A stretch of DNA of 64,000 nucleotides from contig BCKZ01000006.1 of the NCBI GenBank assembly GCA_001600815.1, positions 1 through 64,000 on the forward strand, in the 5' to 3' direction. This DNA comes from Alloascoidea hylecoeti. Taxonomy: Eukaryota. The notes beneath the pieces are model-generated. The model did not search any database, was not told the origin of the DNA, and saw only the letters and a list, made by a program, of their open reading frames with translations. Below are positions 36,301-48,035 of the stretch, piece after piece (within the stretch, counting starts at the first letter, position 1; each line of letters opens with the position of its first letter). A program made the position numbers and the translations under genes.

Positions 36301-37525
36301 TAAACACCCGAAAATGGTAATAAGGAAAAGAAACTTAAGACCTATTTAACCACGGACTAAAAAGTCTATAATCGCTAAATGTTTTGAATGAATTTCACTT
36401 GAACGGAACACACCGATTTCAAAGATCATTAGAGAAAACTGTGTACCATTCGACATTTTATGAAAGAAATAATGATGGAGACTCTTCAACAGAGGTAAAC
36501 GAAAAATACCAATTTCTTACAAACTTAGAGGAGGATACTTACCGGTTCACTTCCTTATTGTATTAGTATGGACAAAGTTAAAAACATATATCCAAATAAC
36601 TAGTAATAAGAAACAATCGGTTTGGGAGGTCGTGTAACTGTATTATGACTGACATGATTGTAATCAATGTGAATAGAGTATTGTAGCACCCGTTTTAAAG
36701 GATTTACTTTAACGAAGTTGATTTCAATTGATTGTTTGTTTATAGAATGCCCAGATCTTAAAGTGAATTCTAGAAAAGTATGGTTTGTATTATTTGAGGT
36801 TTAGCGCTCTATATTTTGTTGGAACTTCTTATTTGATTTGAGTGTAGTCTTGATTCAGTTTGAAATTTATTAACTTCCTATAAAGATAAAGACTGCACAT
36901 TGTTCTTATATGTGAATATGCATACTCAATCTAGAGAAGGTTCCATCTAATCAAATGCAACCATTTCTTAATAGAAGAGCAGGCCCAGAGAGATATTAAC
37001 ACTGAATAATAATAAAAATAAATCCACAAAATCACAATAGGATTTCAATTACTCTTCCCAAATTTTAAAAAGTAGTATTATTTGGTGTTGAAATACCCAC
37101 AAAAATAATCTAACACATTGAAAGCGTAATACTTTGCAATTGTATCATGCTTGATGAAACAACAAATGAAAGTACACTAATAAGTGCTGATAAGAAAAGA
37201 AAAGTGCTTAATATTTATATATATTTTTTTCTACTTCTTTATCAACTATTGAAAGAAAAGATCAAGATAAATTTTAACGACTCCAACTGAAAGTTTTGAC
37301 TCAACTTCTAAATCTTCTGCATCCTATGATGAGAAAGATTAAATTATTTGTCAGCGGCTAATTAATTTTCAATATTTATCACTTTGAAAATGTATGTGAC
37401 TACAAGATTTCAAGAAACTATCTTTTATACTTTATTTGAATGTTATAATTATTAAAAATAGTATCCACATATAGATATATGTCAATACTATCTGATAGTT
37501 CAGATTTAAAGTTTAAGCCAAATGA

Positions 37526-39961
37526 TTATTTTTTCAAACTATCTTCCTTTAAAGACACAATTCTATTAAGAACCAATTTCTCATTAGTGCTATCTTTATC
37601 AAGACAAAAGTATCCAACTCGTAAAGCTTGAAATCTAACGGTTTCTGGATCACCTTTCTTTTCCGAACCGCTTTCTGACTCTTTACCTTTAACAACCCAT
37701 GGACTATTTTTCTTAACTTCCCAGAATCCTTTCTCAACCATCGCGTTCTTGATAATTTCTTCAGAATTTGGATTAATATCAGCTAAATAACCATTTGGGT
37801 TTGATTCAGGATTTTCAGATTTAAATAATTGATTAATGATTCTGATTTCTGGTATAACAATTGGTGAAGAATTATCTAATGATTTAGGTACCCATTGAAT
37901 ATAAGTTTTTGGTTTTTTAAATTTTGGTAGATCATTTTCATAATGAACATGAATTTCTGTAATTTTCCCATTTGTATCTTTAATAACATTATTTACTCTC
38001 ACTGTATGTGGGACTTTTAATAAACCGACTGATTGCCCAGGTGCTAGACGAAAATAATCTTTTGTTGCTTCTTCTCTATAATCTGATCTATCAATGTAGA
38101 ATTTATTTGTAAATTGAATTGCATGCTCTCCCATCTCTGGAGTACCAGGCTTAAATGGAATACTTAAATCTTCACTATGATCATCAGGTAAATTATCAAC
38201 AATTACAAGAACTGGATCCAATATCATCATCAATCTTGGTGTTGTATCTTCAAGATATTTTCGAACCGCGCTTTCAAATCTAACAACTTGAATGTTTGAA
38301 TTAGAAGTTGTTACTCCAAGCGTTGCAACAAAGTTTAAAATTGCACCAGGTGGAACTCCACGTCTTCGAATACCAACTAATGTGAAAATTCTAGGGTCAT
38401 CCCAACCTCTAACAAAACCGTTAGTTACAAGTTTTGCAATTTTTCTTTTTGACATAATTGTTCCTGTGATATTTAAACGCCCATATTCTCTTTGTGCTGG
38501 TCTATACACCTCCACAGAGTCGCAAAGCCATTCATAACTTTCCCTTGATAAATAAAATTCAGTGGTACATAATGAATGCGATATATTTTCCATTGAATCA
38601 ACTAAACAGTGTGTAAAGTCGTAAGTTGGATAAATCTTCCATTTTGAGCCAGTTCTATGATGTGGAGTGTTTAAAACACGATAGGCAACTAAATCCCACA
38701 TTTGAGGATTTGGATTTTCCAAATCTTGCTTCATTCTTAATGTAATTTCACCGGGTTGATACTTCCCTTCTTTCATTTCTCTAAATAATTTTAAATTTTC
38801 TTCAATTGATCTTGATCTATGAACACAGGGTGTTCTTTTTCCACCTGCTTTACCTGTTTCATCAACACCACGATGAAACTTAACTTGTTCTGGTGTACAT
38901 TGACAAATATAACCTTTATTCTTTTCAATTAAAAACTCGGCTAACTCATATAGTTGATCAAAGTAATCAGATGAATAGGTGATTTTATATGGTGTGAAAC
39001 CTAACCAAGTAACGATTTCTTTAATTGATGTGAAATATTGTTCTTCTTCGGCTTCTGGATTTGTATCATCAAATCTCAAATAACAAACACCATTGTTATA
39101 TTTTGCATAACCAAAATTAACAGTAATTGCTTTACTATGACCAATATGTAAATACCCATTTGGCTCTGGTGGGAACCTTGTAACTACTTTGCCACCGGTT
39201 GCTTTTAAATGAGCGAATTTAAATTTTTCAAACGCTTGAGGATTTTCACCCGGTTTATGTAAATTACCTAAAAATCCTTCAGAAAACATTGAGCTGTAAG
39301 AACTTATCTTTTCTTCGGCATTTAATTTCTTATCTGAAGCTGAAGTATTTTTTTTATTAGGTTTCTTTTCCTTCTTTTTTGCAATATCTCTATCATCCTT
39401 TGGGCCTAAAACCTCTAGCAATTTCGAATCAATAATTGGCTTAAATAATGCAGGATTAGCCCATTTTAATTCTGGTATTGTTTTGATGTTAGACATAATT
39501 CCGGCAATTGATTTATATCTTTTTGTTTCAATTTCTTTTGAATTATCTTTAAAATATTTATCTACTGCACTTTTAACCTCCTCTTCAGTAACGTTTATAC
39601 CAACTCCTGATTCAAGATTCATTTGTTCCCTTGTTGCATTCTCTCCATTTGACTTTAAATATGAAAAGGCTGCATCGATCTGACGAGTGGATTTTAGATC
39701 TCCATTTCTGATACCTTTTGATATCAATGACCTCTTGATTGATTTAGAAGATTTTTCTTTACAAATCGATGTTGCCAAATGCAAATATAAAGAGGAGTTT
39801 ATATCATCATTATTATTACCATCGTTATTTAAGGATTCTTGGATAATTTCCCCTAATTCGGTTGATACATGATTATTCTTTTTGATCTCTGTAGATTGTT
39901 TAGCTGTGAAACCAACGGAGGCAAATAAATTGATCAATTCTTCGTCGGAAGCACTGGCCAT
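37526..39961 (-). CDS. GLN4: Glutaminyl-tRNA synthetase
   Basis: TRFPPEPNGYLHIGH, LRFDDTNP, PTYDFTHC, MSKRK, FQALRVGYFC, plus the eukaryotic N-terminal extension. Confidence 0.97.
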   Translation of the reverse strand: MASASDEELINLFASVGFTAKQSTEIKKNNHVSTELGEIIQESLNNDGNNNDDINSSLYLHLATSICKEKSSKSIKRSLISKGIRNGDLKSTRQIDAAFSYLKSNGENATREQMNLESGVGINVTEEEVKSAVDKYFKDNSKEIETKRYKSIAGIMSNIKTIPELKWANPALFKPIIDSKLLEVLGPKDDRDIAKKKEKKPNKKNTSASDKKLNAEEKISSYSSMFSEGFLGNLHKPGENPQAFEKFKFAHLKATGGKVVTRFPPEPNGYLHIGHSKAITVNFGYAKYNNGVCYLRFDDTNPEAEEEQYFTSIKEIVTWLGFTPYKITYSSDYFDQLYELAEFLIEKNKGYICQCTPEQVKFHRGVDETGKAGGKRTPCVHRSRSIEENLKLFREMKEGKYQPGEITLRMKQDLENPNPQMWDLVAYRVLNTPHHRTGSKWKIYPTYDFTHCLVDSMENISHSLCTTEFYLSRESYEWLCDSVEVYRPAQREYGRLNITGTIMSKRKIAKLVTNGFVRGWDDPRIFTLVGIRRRGVPPGAILNFVATLGVTTSNSNIQVVRFESAVRKYLEDTTPRLMMILDPVLVIVDNLPDDHSEDLSIPFKPGTPEMGEHAIQFTNKFYIDRSDYREEATKDYFRLAPGQSVGLLKVPHTVRVNNVIKDTNGKITEIHVHYENDLPKFKKPKTYIQWVPKSLDNSSPIVIPEIRIINQLFKSENPESNPNGYLADINPNSEEIIKNAMVEKGFWEVKKNSPWVVKGKESESGSEKKGDPETVRFQALRVGYFCLDKDSTNEKLVLNRIVSLKEDSLKK

Positions 39962-40038
39962 GTTTAATTGAGTTTTAACTTGATTGTTCCAAACAAAAAC
40001 AAAAAAGAGGAGTTTTTACATCATTTATAATGAAAAAA

Positions 40039-40136
40039 TGAGTCAACAAAATACAGAGATAAACACCCATACATCAATTTCGAAAGATAACGGGTGAATA
40101 GGTGTTAGTGTTGAATGGCACTAGGGCTAGTGACTG
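40039..40136. promoter_or_regulatory. Divergent GLN4/RPS28 promoter: Gcn4 site, Rap1 site, TAGGGCTA and a Homol-D-like motif
   Basis: TGAGTCA at 40039-40045, ACACCCATACAT at 40063-40074, TAGGGCTA at 40122-40129, GTGACTG at 40130-40136. Confidence 0.6.
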
Positions 40137-40242
40137 CTGTTTCCTAATATGGTAAGAAATCTTTGTAAGGTATTTTTTCCAACGTTCACACAAGTTTGTT
40201 TTTTCCGCCAACATTAAGTTTTATACATAAATTATTTTCAAA

Positions 40243-40810
40243 ATGGTATGTTCTTTTCGGTGTATGAATGGGAGTGAGTTGATGTGAGATTTTAATGGGG
40301 CTATTTGGGCTGGATAAATTTAAAACAAAAAAGAGAAGATCAATGGGTTCAAAAAGTAACAACAAATCAATCATTATTCACTACTAAAATTAGCAATGAA
40401 AGAAAGCGAATTTCATCATTCTGGGAGAAATAAAATAACTCAACAAGTTTAATCGACCCAGTAATTTGATATAGAAATTAGGAATATTCAAATTTTTGAG
40501 ACCACTCCGACTGTCCCTATTAATGATCATCATTGATTCAACTCACATTTATGTTAGTTATGATTATAAATATAACCACTTACTAATATACAATCAAAAT
40601 AAATAGGATGCTAAAGCTGCCCCAGTCAAACTTGCCAAAGTTATCAAAGTCTTAGGACGTACCGGTTCAAGAGGTGGTGTTACACAAGTCAGAGTTGAAT
40701 TCCTCGATGACTCTAACCGAAGCATTATCAGAAATGTTAAAGGTCCAGTTCGTGAGAATGATGTTTTATGCCTCATGGAATCTGAACGTGAAGCAAGAAG
40801 ATTAAGATAA
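40243..40810 (+). CDS. RPS28: 40S ribosomal protein eS28; exon 1 is the ATG at 40243-40245, exon 2 is 40607-40810; 68 aa
   Basis: [33 protein letters not shown]...[11 protein letters not shown]. Intron 40246-40606 (GTATGT..TACTAAT..TAG). Not in the ORF track. Confidence 0.95.
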
Positions 40811-41173
40811 ACAACTAATCAATCATGATTTAATTAATATTACGCAAAGAACAACAATTCCACCATCTATCTATCAACAGTCTAAAAAGGTTCCAACGCA
40901 TTATTTAGTTTCATTTATATTGTTAGAATGTATATAAATAATACTATTTATTGTTTGGTACAAAATCTTTGCATTTATTGACTACACTTTCTATGAAGTT
41001 TATAGTGTTTTTATGTATTAATAAATATAGGAAAAAGTTGACAGCTAGAATTCCTACCATTTTCCAACTTGTTGTAAACGTATTAGTGATCCCCCACGAT
41101 TGATTTTCACAATAGTATAAGATCTCACTACTAATGAATTGTTCGAATGTGAAATGTATCAAAATAATGTACA

Positions 41174-41224
41174 TCACGTGATTCATGTCATATCACTATA
41201 GGGCTAATTCATTTAGCAGTCACA
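41174..41224 (+). promoter_or_regulatory. RPL34 promoter: Cbf1 site, TAGGGCTA and Homol-D
   Basis: TCACGTGA at 41174-41181, TAGGGCTA at 41199-41206, CAGTCACA at 41217-41224. Confidence 0.6.
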
Positions 41225-41342
41225 GTTCTATAGTTTACTATACTTTGTTCTCAGATGTACGCTAGCTTGGAGAGTTTTGATTTTGAACTAGAGAAATCAC
41301 CAACTTTGCAATAGTTCTTTGAATAACACGACAATATTAACA

Positions 41343-42145
41343 ATGGCTCAACGAGTAACTTACAGAAGAAGAAATCCTTGTATGTCATTAATTTCCTAAG
41401 TTTCCATTAATTTCATTTTTCGTTTATTTAATTTGAGGAAGAGGGAAAAGGAGGTTTGAAGTAACTATTTTGATTAAATGATAATCTGTGAAGGATAGAC
41501 GTTTATGCATATTGACGGTGGTATTTTTATTTCAAAATGATCCGACAAATTTTGAAGGAATATAAATCTATTTAGATGGAAATATATAACTCTTTGTGGT
41601 TGTTATTTTATGGAATTAGTCACTGCGCAAAATCAATTACACTTCAATATGAATAAGTCAAAACCACATAAAATATTATAACTTAACATGTCAAAATACC
41701 ACTTCAAAACCTTCAGAGCCCCTCATCAATTTTATAAATCATATACTTCTAAAGTCGTTATAGGCAATAACTAACAAACATATTATTTATAGATAACACC
41801 AAATCAAACCGTGTTAAGATCATCAAAACACCTGGTGGAAACCTTCGTTATCTCCATGTTAAAAAAATTGGTAGCCGTGTCAAATGTGGTGATACTGGTG
41901 CTCCATTACCAGGTGTTGCATCATTAAGACCAAGACAATATGCCAATGTTTCAAAAACACATAAAACCGTTCAGAGGGCTTACGGCGGTGCTTTATCAGC
42001 AGCTGCTGTCAAAGAGAGAATTGTCCGTGCTTTCTTAATTGAAGAGCAAAAGATTGTTAAAAGAGTTTTAAAGGAACAGGCTGAAGATGCCAAGAAGAGC
42101 GAATCATCAAAGAAGAAGAAGAGCGTTAAGAAATCAAAGAAATAA
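41343..42145 (+). CDS. RPL34: 60S ribosomal protein eL34; exons 41343-41379 and 41793-42145; 129 aa
   Basis: MAQRVTYRRRNPY|NTKSNRVKIIKTPGG...LRPRQY..VSKTHKTVQRAYGG...VKERIVRAFLIEEQKIVK. Intron 41380-41792 (GTATGT..AACTAAC..TAG). Confidence 0.96.
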
Positions 42146-42679
42146 ATACAATAGAATTATTTGATTAAAAAAACAATGTATCCTAATTACTCAATTTTAT
42201 TTTCTAATGGCATAAAGTTATATTTCTTACACACGTATCATAATAAATAAATGTTCTAGCAGAGGTTAAGACTTGCGTAGGTGAATGTCTTCTGCAAGTA
42301 GGATTGATTGATAATAAGAAGAGTCTCCTTCCAATTGATATACTTATACCCGCATATAAGATACCCTCTGTAAAACAAATATGAAGTAATTGATAATGAT
42401 GCAAATTTAAAAAGACAAGACAATAATAACTGTATTGTGATCAAGGAATAGATAGAATGAATAAAATAGGAATATCTGTAATAAGTAAAGCAAATTAATA
42501 ACTATGTAAGAAATATAACATCATTAACGGCTTGAAGCAATGTTACCATAAGCATATATAAAAAGGATCTAAATTTATAAAGTGGAGGAGGGGACCGTTA
42601 ATATAAATCATCATATATTAATAGCATTAATTCAGAATAGCAGGTCGATTGAGACCAGAGTACAATAGGTTTATACTTG

Positions 42680-44500
42680 TCAACGCTTATAAGAGAATCC
42701 TTTTATTCTCTGTTGTCGTCTTAATTTATTCATTTCTTGTCTTTTCTTTAAAAGATCTCTATTGTTACGCACTCTTTCATCGCCAATTATTTGTTTCTTT
42801 TCAATATTTGGCGATTTAAAAGGTAACGGAGGTCCTTGGTGTGAAAATTGCTGTATATTATCTGCACCTGAATAAGTAGATGATGGTGTTGGTGACGATT
42901 GTTTTTGATAATTAGATAAATATTTAACTTCTGATAAATCAGCTTTGTAATCGTTTAACCTTGTGTTCTTACATGGAGAAGACATTGGATCAGTTTTGAC
43001 TTTACGTTTATTTGATAATAGACCCACTTTTCTTTTTGGTTTAATAGTATCGTTAATGCTTTGAGAATTTGAGGGAAATGTTTCCGGATCCGGTGTTGGG
43101 GTGGGACTAACAGTTCTAAATCTTTTTGTGGGTGATCCTAAATCAGTCGAAGATTTTGCAACAATATTTGTATTTGTAAGTCGAGGTTCGGGTATTGGAT
43201 AAATTTTTCTTATTTTTCCGATTTGTCTTTTACGCTTATTATTATTTGAGGGAGATGATGAAGAATCATATCTATTATCTTCTTTTGTTGGAGATGGCAT
43301 TGTTGCAAATTGAGAAGTTATACCTTCTATTTCCATTTCAACATCACTAAGGCTTGAACGAAGATTTGGTTTTCGTGAAGTATCATTTTCATCATTGTTG
43401 TTAGTATAATGATTTATTAAATTTTGATCTCCAAAGTCATCATCATTTTCATTATCTGTTGTTGAATCATCATCTTCTTTTTCAGGAGTGTCATTAGTAG
43501 ATTTTAAGGGTGTATGTTCTTTATTGTTTTTATATTCATTTATCTTATCAGAACTCAAACCAAATATATCTTCAAATTTCATAATAATGTTTGGATTATC
43601 ATACCTAAAGTTGTAATTGATATTCAAGGAGTTCAATAATCTTGCGTATATCTCACGATTATCGTAATCATCGTTATCGGTATCATTTATATCAAAAGAA
43701 TCCAGATTGAAAGGCTGAGTTGAGTAATTTCTTCTATTTTTAGTTGTAATGCCTTTCTTTTTTTTATTAGTATTATTATTATCAATATTGATCCACTTCT
43801 GCAATTCTTTAGATCCACCGAGATTTTCAATCAGATCCTTCATCATTGATATTGCTTTATCTTTATCTTTTATAATTTCATTTATCTTTATAATTTTATA
43901 GTCTAGTAAAGAAACGGTATTAATTAAATTGGTTGATAGTTGAGATAATAATTCGGGCACGATCAAATTATCATCGATAACGATGTTATTCTTCATATTC
44001 ATATTTGTTAGTTGATATCTCCATGATAAAGGTTCATCTGTAGTTAAAGACGGCACATAATACAAAGTTGTTATATTAATTGATTTTGTATTAAAATTTA
44101 AAATATTCGGGTTTTCAAATATTGTTACTTTATCAGAATTATTAATGGAAAGACTTTCTGATAAACTTTTAAGTAATAGATCCATTTGAGAAAGGGGGTC
44201 AATAAGGCAATTATCATCCTATAAGATAAAACGAAGCCAAGATTAATAGGAAGAAATAGATAATATAAAAATGATATAGAATATTTTAAGTATAAATAAA
44301 GATATATAAATTATATGGATAGAAGGTCATACATTACTTCTCTTCACAATATCATTTTTACTCATTTTTTCTATCCATATATTTTTAAGATTTGTAACCA
44401 ATAAAACATATTGACCGGATTGATTTAAATAATTGAAGCTATAAAAAAAAAATGCTTTTGAGGGACGTGAGAATTTCAATGGAAACCACTGAATTGGCAT
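42680..44500 (-). CDS. XLF/Cernunnos (NEJ1-like) NHEJ factor; exons 44500-44333 and 44218-42680, about 568 aa
   Basis: Exon 1 reads MPIQWFPL...YVLLVTNLKNIWIEKM..DIVKRS and exon 2 begins DDNCLIDP..MDLLL, matching the XLF head pattern. Also L.W...L, coiled coil I.DKDKAI, disordered tail, basic C-terminus. A 114-nt intron (GTATGA..TATTAAT..TAG) is in frame. Confidence 0.68.
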
Positions 44501-44690
44501 TTTTTTAGGATGTTCGAGATCTGTTTATACCAAAAGGGTAGTGAGAGCAATTTGATCTGTGGATAAGTTGGACGGAGGAACAGAAAATAAACATTTCTAC
44601 TTAATTTCGGACATCTAATGCACTAATATTCACGCATTTTATGTGAAAATATTCGCACAAAGAATTTAAAATTTATAATTTATAAGATAC

Positions 44691-46013
44691 TTATACTATA
44701 ATAACTTGCAATCTTTTTTCAATACCACCAAAATCAGAAACACTATTAGAAAATCCATCAAGAGTGATTGTTGTCGCTTGTGATTCAAAATTCCTCATTA
44801 TATTCTTTAAATATTTCAAATTCAATTTATATCTGCTTGATTTAAAATGCAGCATTTTCGCATTTGTATTTTCTCTTGTAATGGCGTTGATATTTGAGAT
44901 TGGTGGGATCTTAAAATATATATGCTTCAAATATTTAAAAGGCTCTAAAAATCGAAGAATGCCTGTTGATTCTTCATCAATAAAAAATCTTTTACCATCA
45001 TTTTCACAATGTTTTGAAAATTCAATACTTAAACTTTCAAGTTTATTCACATTGTATTGACTATAAGATTTATGGCTATAATCATAAATATAACTATCTT
45101 GTCGACTTATTGAACAGTCAATTATCACTAAGTTAGTTAAGTTTCTAAAAATTTGAAAATTGGTTATGAAATCCCATGGTAAATTAAATCCTTTAATACA
45201 AAACTTCTTAATATTATTAAAGATTATTAATAATCCCATTGGTATTTCTTCTTTATGTTTAAAGGTCTCCATAGTATTTTCATCCATTGATGAATTTTGA
45301 ATGTATAGCCTCTTATTATAAGAATTATAACTATCGTTACAATGATTAATGATATGCTTTTCACGCGTATTAAACTTCACGAATTTCTCTCGGTTACTTA
45401 TTTGAAGACCCAGTGATGACACTACAGTCAATTCTGCAATCTGTGGGGAAAAAGTACCATTAGTGCTAATGCTATCTCTTGAACTAGAGACATTCGAAGA
45501 TGTTGAAATAGAATTCAAAAAGATATGATAGTTCCACATATCAAATGATGAAATAATATTTGATGTGAATGTAATCTCAACTCTTCTAACATTTGGAAAA
45601 TATTTCTTTTTAAGCGCCCAAAATTCTTCTTCAAGCATTGATGTTGAAAAGCTATTTTTAAAAACATATTTTATTGAAGTTGTTTGATTTTTTAACAGGT
45701 CCCCAAAATTTTGATTTAATTTAATTTTGTATAATTCTGACTGTGATTGATCATGAATACTTTCAGTTATAGATCTTCGGCTATACTGTATAACCTGTGA
45801 TGAAAATTTTGAAGCTCCAATTGAGAGACCAAATTGATATTTAACCAAAATTGAAGGATGATGAGATTCATCATCAACATTTATATCGTTGAATAATAAT
45901 GATGACAATATTACTCTATAGTAATATGATACCGATGAAAAATTAATTATATCAGCATTATCATCAAGATTTCTGGCTACTAAAGTGATCAATTCTTTTG
46001 GTAAAGTATCCAT
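44691..46013 (-). CDS. F-box-like protein with a possible LRR-like C-terminus
   Basis: N-terminus MDTLPKELITLVARNL....IINFSSVS..YR fits the F-box pattern. Also F.NL..L.I and LE.L.I repeats. Confidence 0.65.
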   Translation of the reverse strand: MDTLPKELITLVARNLDDNADIINFSSVSYYYRVILSSLLFNDINVDDESHHPSILVKYQFGLSIGASKFSSQVIQYSRRSITESIHDQSQSELYKIKLNQNFGDLLKNQTTSIKYVFKNSFSTSMLEEEFWALKKKYFPNVRRVEITFTSNIISSFDMWNYHIFLNSISTSSNVSSSRDSISTNGTFSPQIAELTVVSSLGLQISNREKFVKFNTREKHIINHCNDSYNSYNKRLYIQNSSMDENTMETFKHKEEIPMGLLIIFNNIKKFCIKGFNLPWDFITNFQIFRNLTNLVIIDCSISRQDSYIYDYSHKSYSQYNVNKLESLSIEFSKHCENDGKRFFIDEESTGILRFLEPFKYLKHIYFKIPPISNINAITRENTNAKMLHFKSSRYKLNLKYLKNIMRNFESQATTITLDGFSNSVSDFGGIEKRLQVIIV

Positions 46014-46789
46014 TTTATATTTAAAATCTAAAAGAGCTCGATCGCTAGCCTTATATGGAAAAGTACTAATTGATAATTTACTCGGCGGTAATTCAAGATC
46101 GACTAATATAAATAGCTCAGTATTATTTTTTAACTTCTAGCCTTATATTTATAAATATTGCTATAAGGTTATAGGCCTATAGCTAGTTGTATTCTGTTAA
46201 ATCAGATCTAGGTAAATATGTTGTGTTTTCATCTTTGTGACTTTGGGCCATAATAAAAAAAATAGAAAAATTACACAATCAAAAATATGCATATATGGTC
46301 ATGGTTTTATAGCCATATAATATGAATTTTTACATTAATTAAAACAATAAATTAACTATAGGCCTATGCAGTATAATAAAGATACAGTTGCAATGTGTTT
46401 TCTTTATTTGGTTTGCTTTTCTGTACTATAGCTGTGGTATCTTACGTATACCATTAATTGAGATGGCAGTCTCATGTTGCGTTGAATTGCAAATCAAAAT
46501 AAAAAAGCAAAATTTTATTAATATTTCAATTCCAAATAGAAGTTAAAAGATAAGTGGCTAATTAGATTCATAATAATATATAATGTCATTATTTAAATAT
46601 ACGCTTAAGTTAATACATGTATATCGATGTTGTTATTGATCTAGCCATTTTGTAAATATATATGCAAAGAAAGCATTACTACTAATATTAAACGGTTTAT
46701 TTTTGAATCGAAATATACCGGTACATATATATAGATAAATATATATATATATATTGATTAATTATTATACTAATTAAATAACCTTTTTT

Positions 46790-46920
46790 TCTCTTTCTCA
46801 TATCTTATAGTGTGCCCTACTTTTAAGTATTTTTAACCTTTCATGAAATTTCATATCAAAACTTCTAAGTAGAAACTATTTAACTGAGGAAACCACATAT
46901 AGTGAAAAGCATCCACCTCT
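46790..46920 (+). repeat. Partial degenerate copy of the solo-LTR-like repeat
   Basis: TAGAAACTATTTAACTGAGGAAACCACATATAGTGAAA matches about 47660-47706. Confidence 0.55.
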
Positions 46921-47544
46921 TCGCTAAATATCTAGTGGTCTATTACTTTTTTAGATATTCAGATGAAAAGAGTGTTGTTGGAGGCTAAGGTTTTAGTAGC
47001 GACGGAGCCTGACAGAGAACATTAATACGTAATGAGAAAAACCACAAACCAGTCGGTAAACATAATTTTAAGAATTAAACTGATTATTAACTAATTATAA
47101 GGCTTTATAGATAAGTTGACAGTTTAATCTTAGTTTTCTTTTTGCAGAAGCGCTTATTATAAAGATTACTCCTTGACTAAATAATACATGTGCCCAGTCA
47201 TGTAAACAACATGAACCACTTAAACTGACTAAATCTTTAGTACAATAGGGTGGCTAAGACAACCGTAGGCAAATAGTAATCACTACCAGTTATGGAATGT
47301 AACAGTATGATTCAATTACACATGTAAGGTCTTACAGTAATCAGACCTAAATTATCGGATACTACGGACAACAGCTGTAGAACAAATACTCAGAATCTAT
47401 TCACTGGCCAAACGGAAAATCCAAGAAAGAGAAAATTGGTGAGGATAATCTACGAATTAATTTGGAGCTCTAATTATAACAAAAAAGTTACAAATAGTTC
47501 AATTAGAGAAAAGCCATTGATATCCGTTCATCCAACTCAATGTG

Positions 47545-48035
47545 TTCTTCTTTTACATATAATCATATTCCCAATTAAAACTTCCATAGCTAACTAGAAA
47601 CTATCTAAGTACACTTTTTTTTTTAACTTTTCATATATTTTCCAATTAAATTATATAACTAGAAACTATTTAACTTCCGAGGAAATCTCTACTATATATA
47701 GTGAAATAAAAACCTCTTTTTCTATTCTTCTTATTTTTGTGTATTCTTGACACTCTTATTTCTTCCCTTCTTATGAACCTAGACAACCTTAAAAGTAATT
47801 AAATAAATATTTTTTTATATTAGATTTTTTTTTTTTTTTTCATTAATTTTACTTTTTCAAGTTTTTAGAGATGAGAATCCTCCTCATTTAATATTTATGG
47901 TGGTGTCCCTGCAAATCTAATATTTTTTCTTAGCTCTAGTGCCTGTTTGATAAAAGCCCCATTTTTTTCTATGTGGTTATCTTTTGGATTTATGATCAAT
48001 AATTTGATCCCAATTCTATCGCTTCCTAAGTAACA
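47545..48035 (+). repeat. Solo-LTR-like repeat upstream of tRNA-Val
   Basis: Reverse complement of 22865-23478. Ends ..TAACA at 48035. Confidence 0.7.

Noticed and set aside
40594..40776. Minus-strand 60-aa ORF
   Set aside because: Antisense shadow of RPS28 exon 2.
40246..41792. Intronic snoRNAs in the RPS28 and RPL34 introns
   Set aside because: No convincing paired C/D boxes with a terminal stem, and no H/ACA layout, could be seen by eye. snoscan or Infernal would decide.
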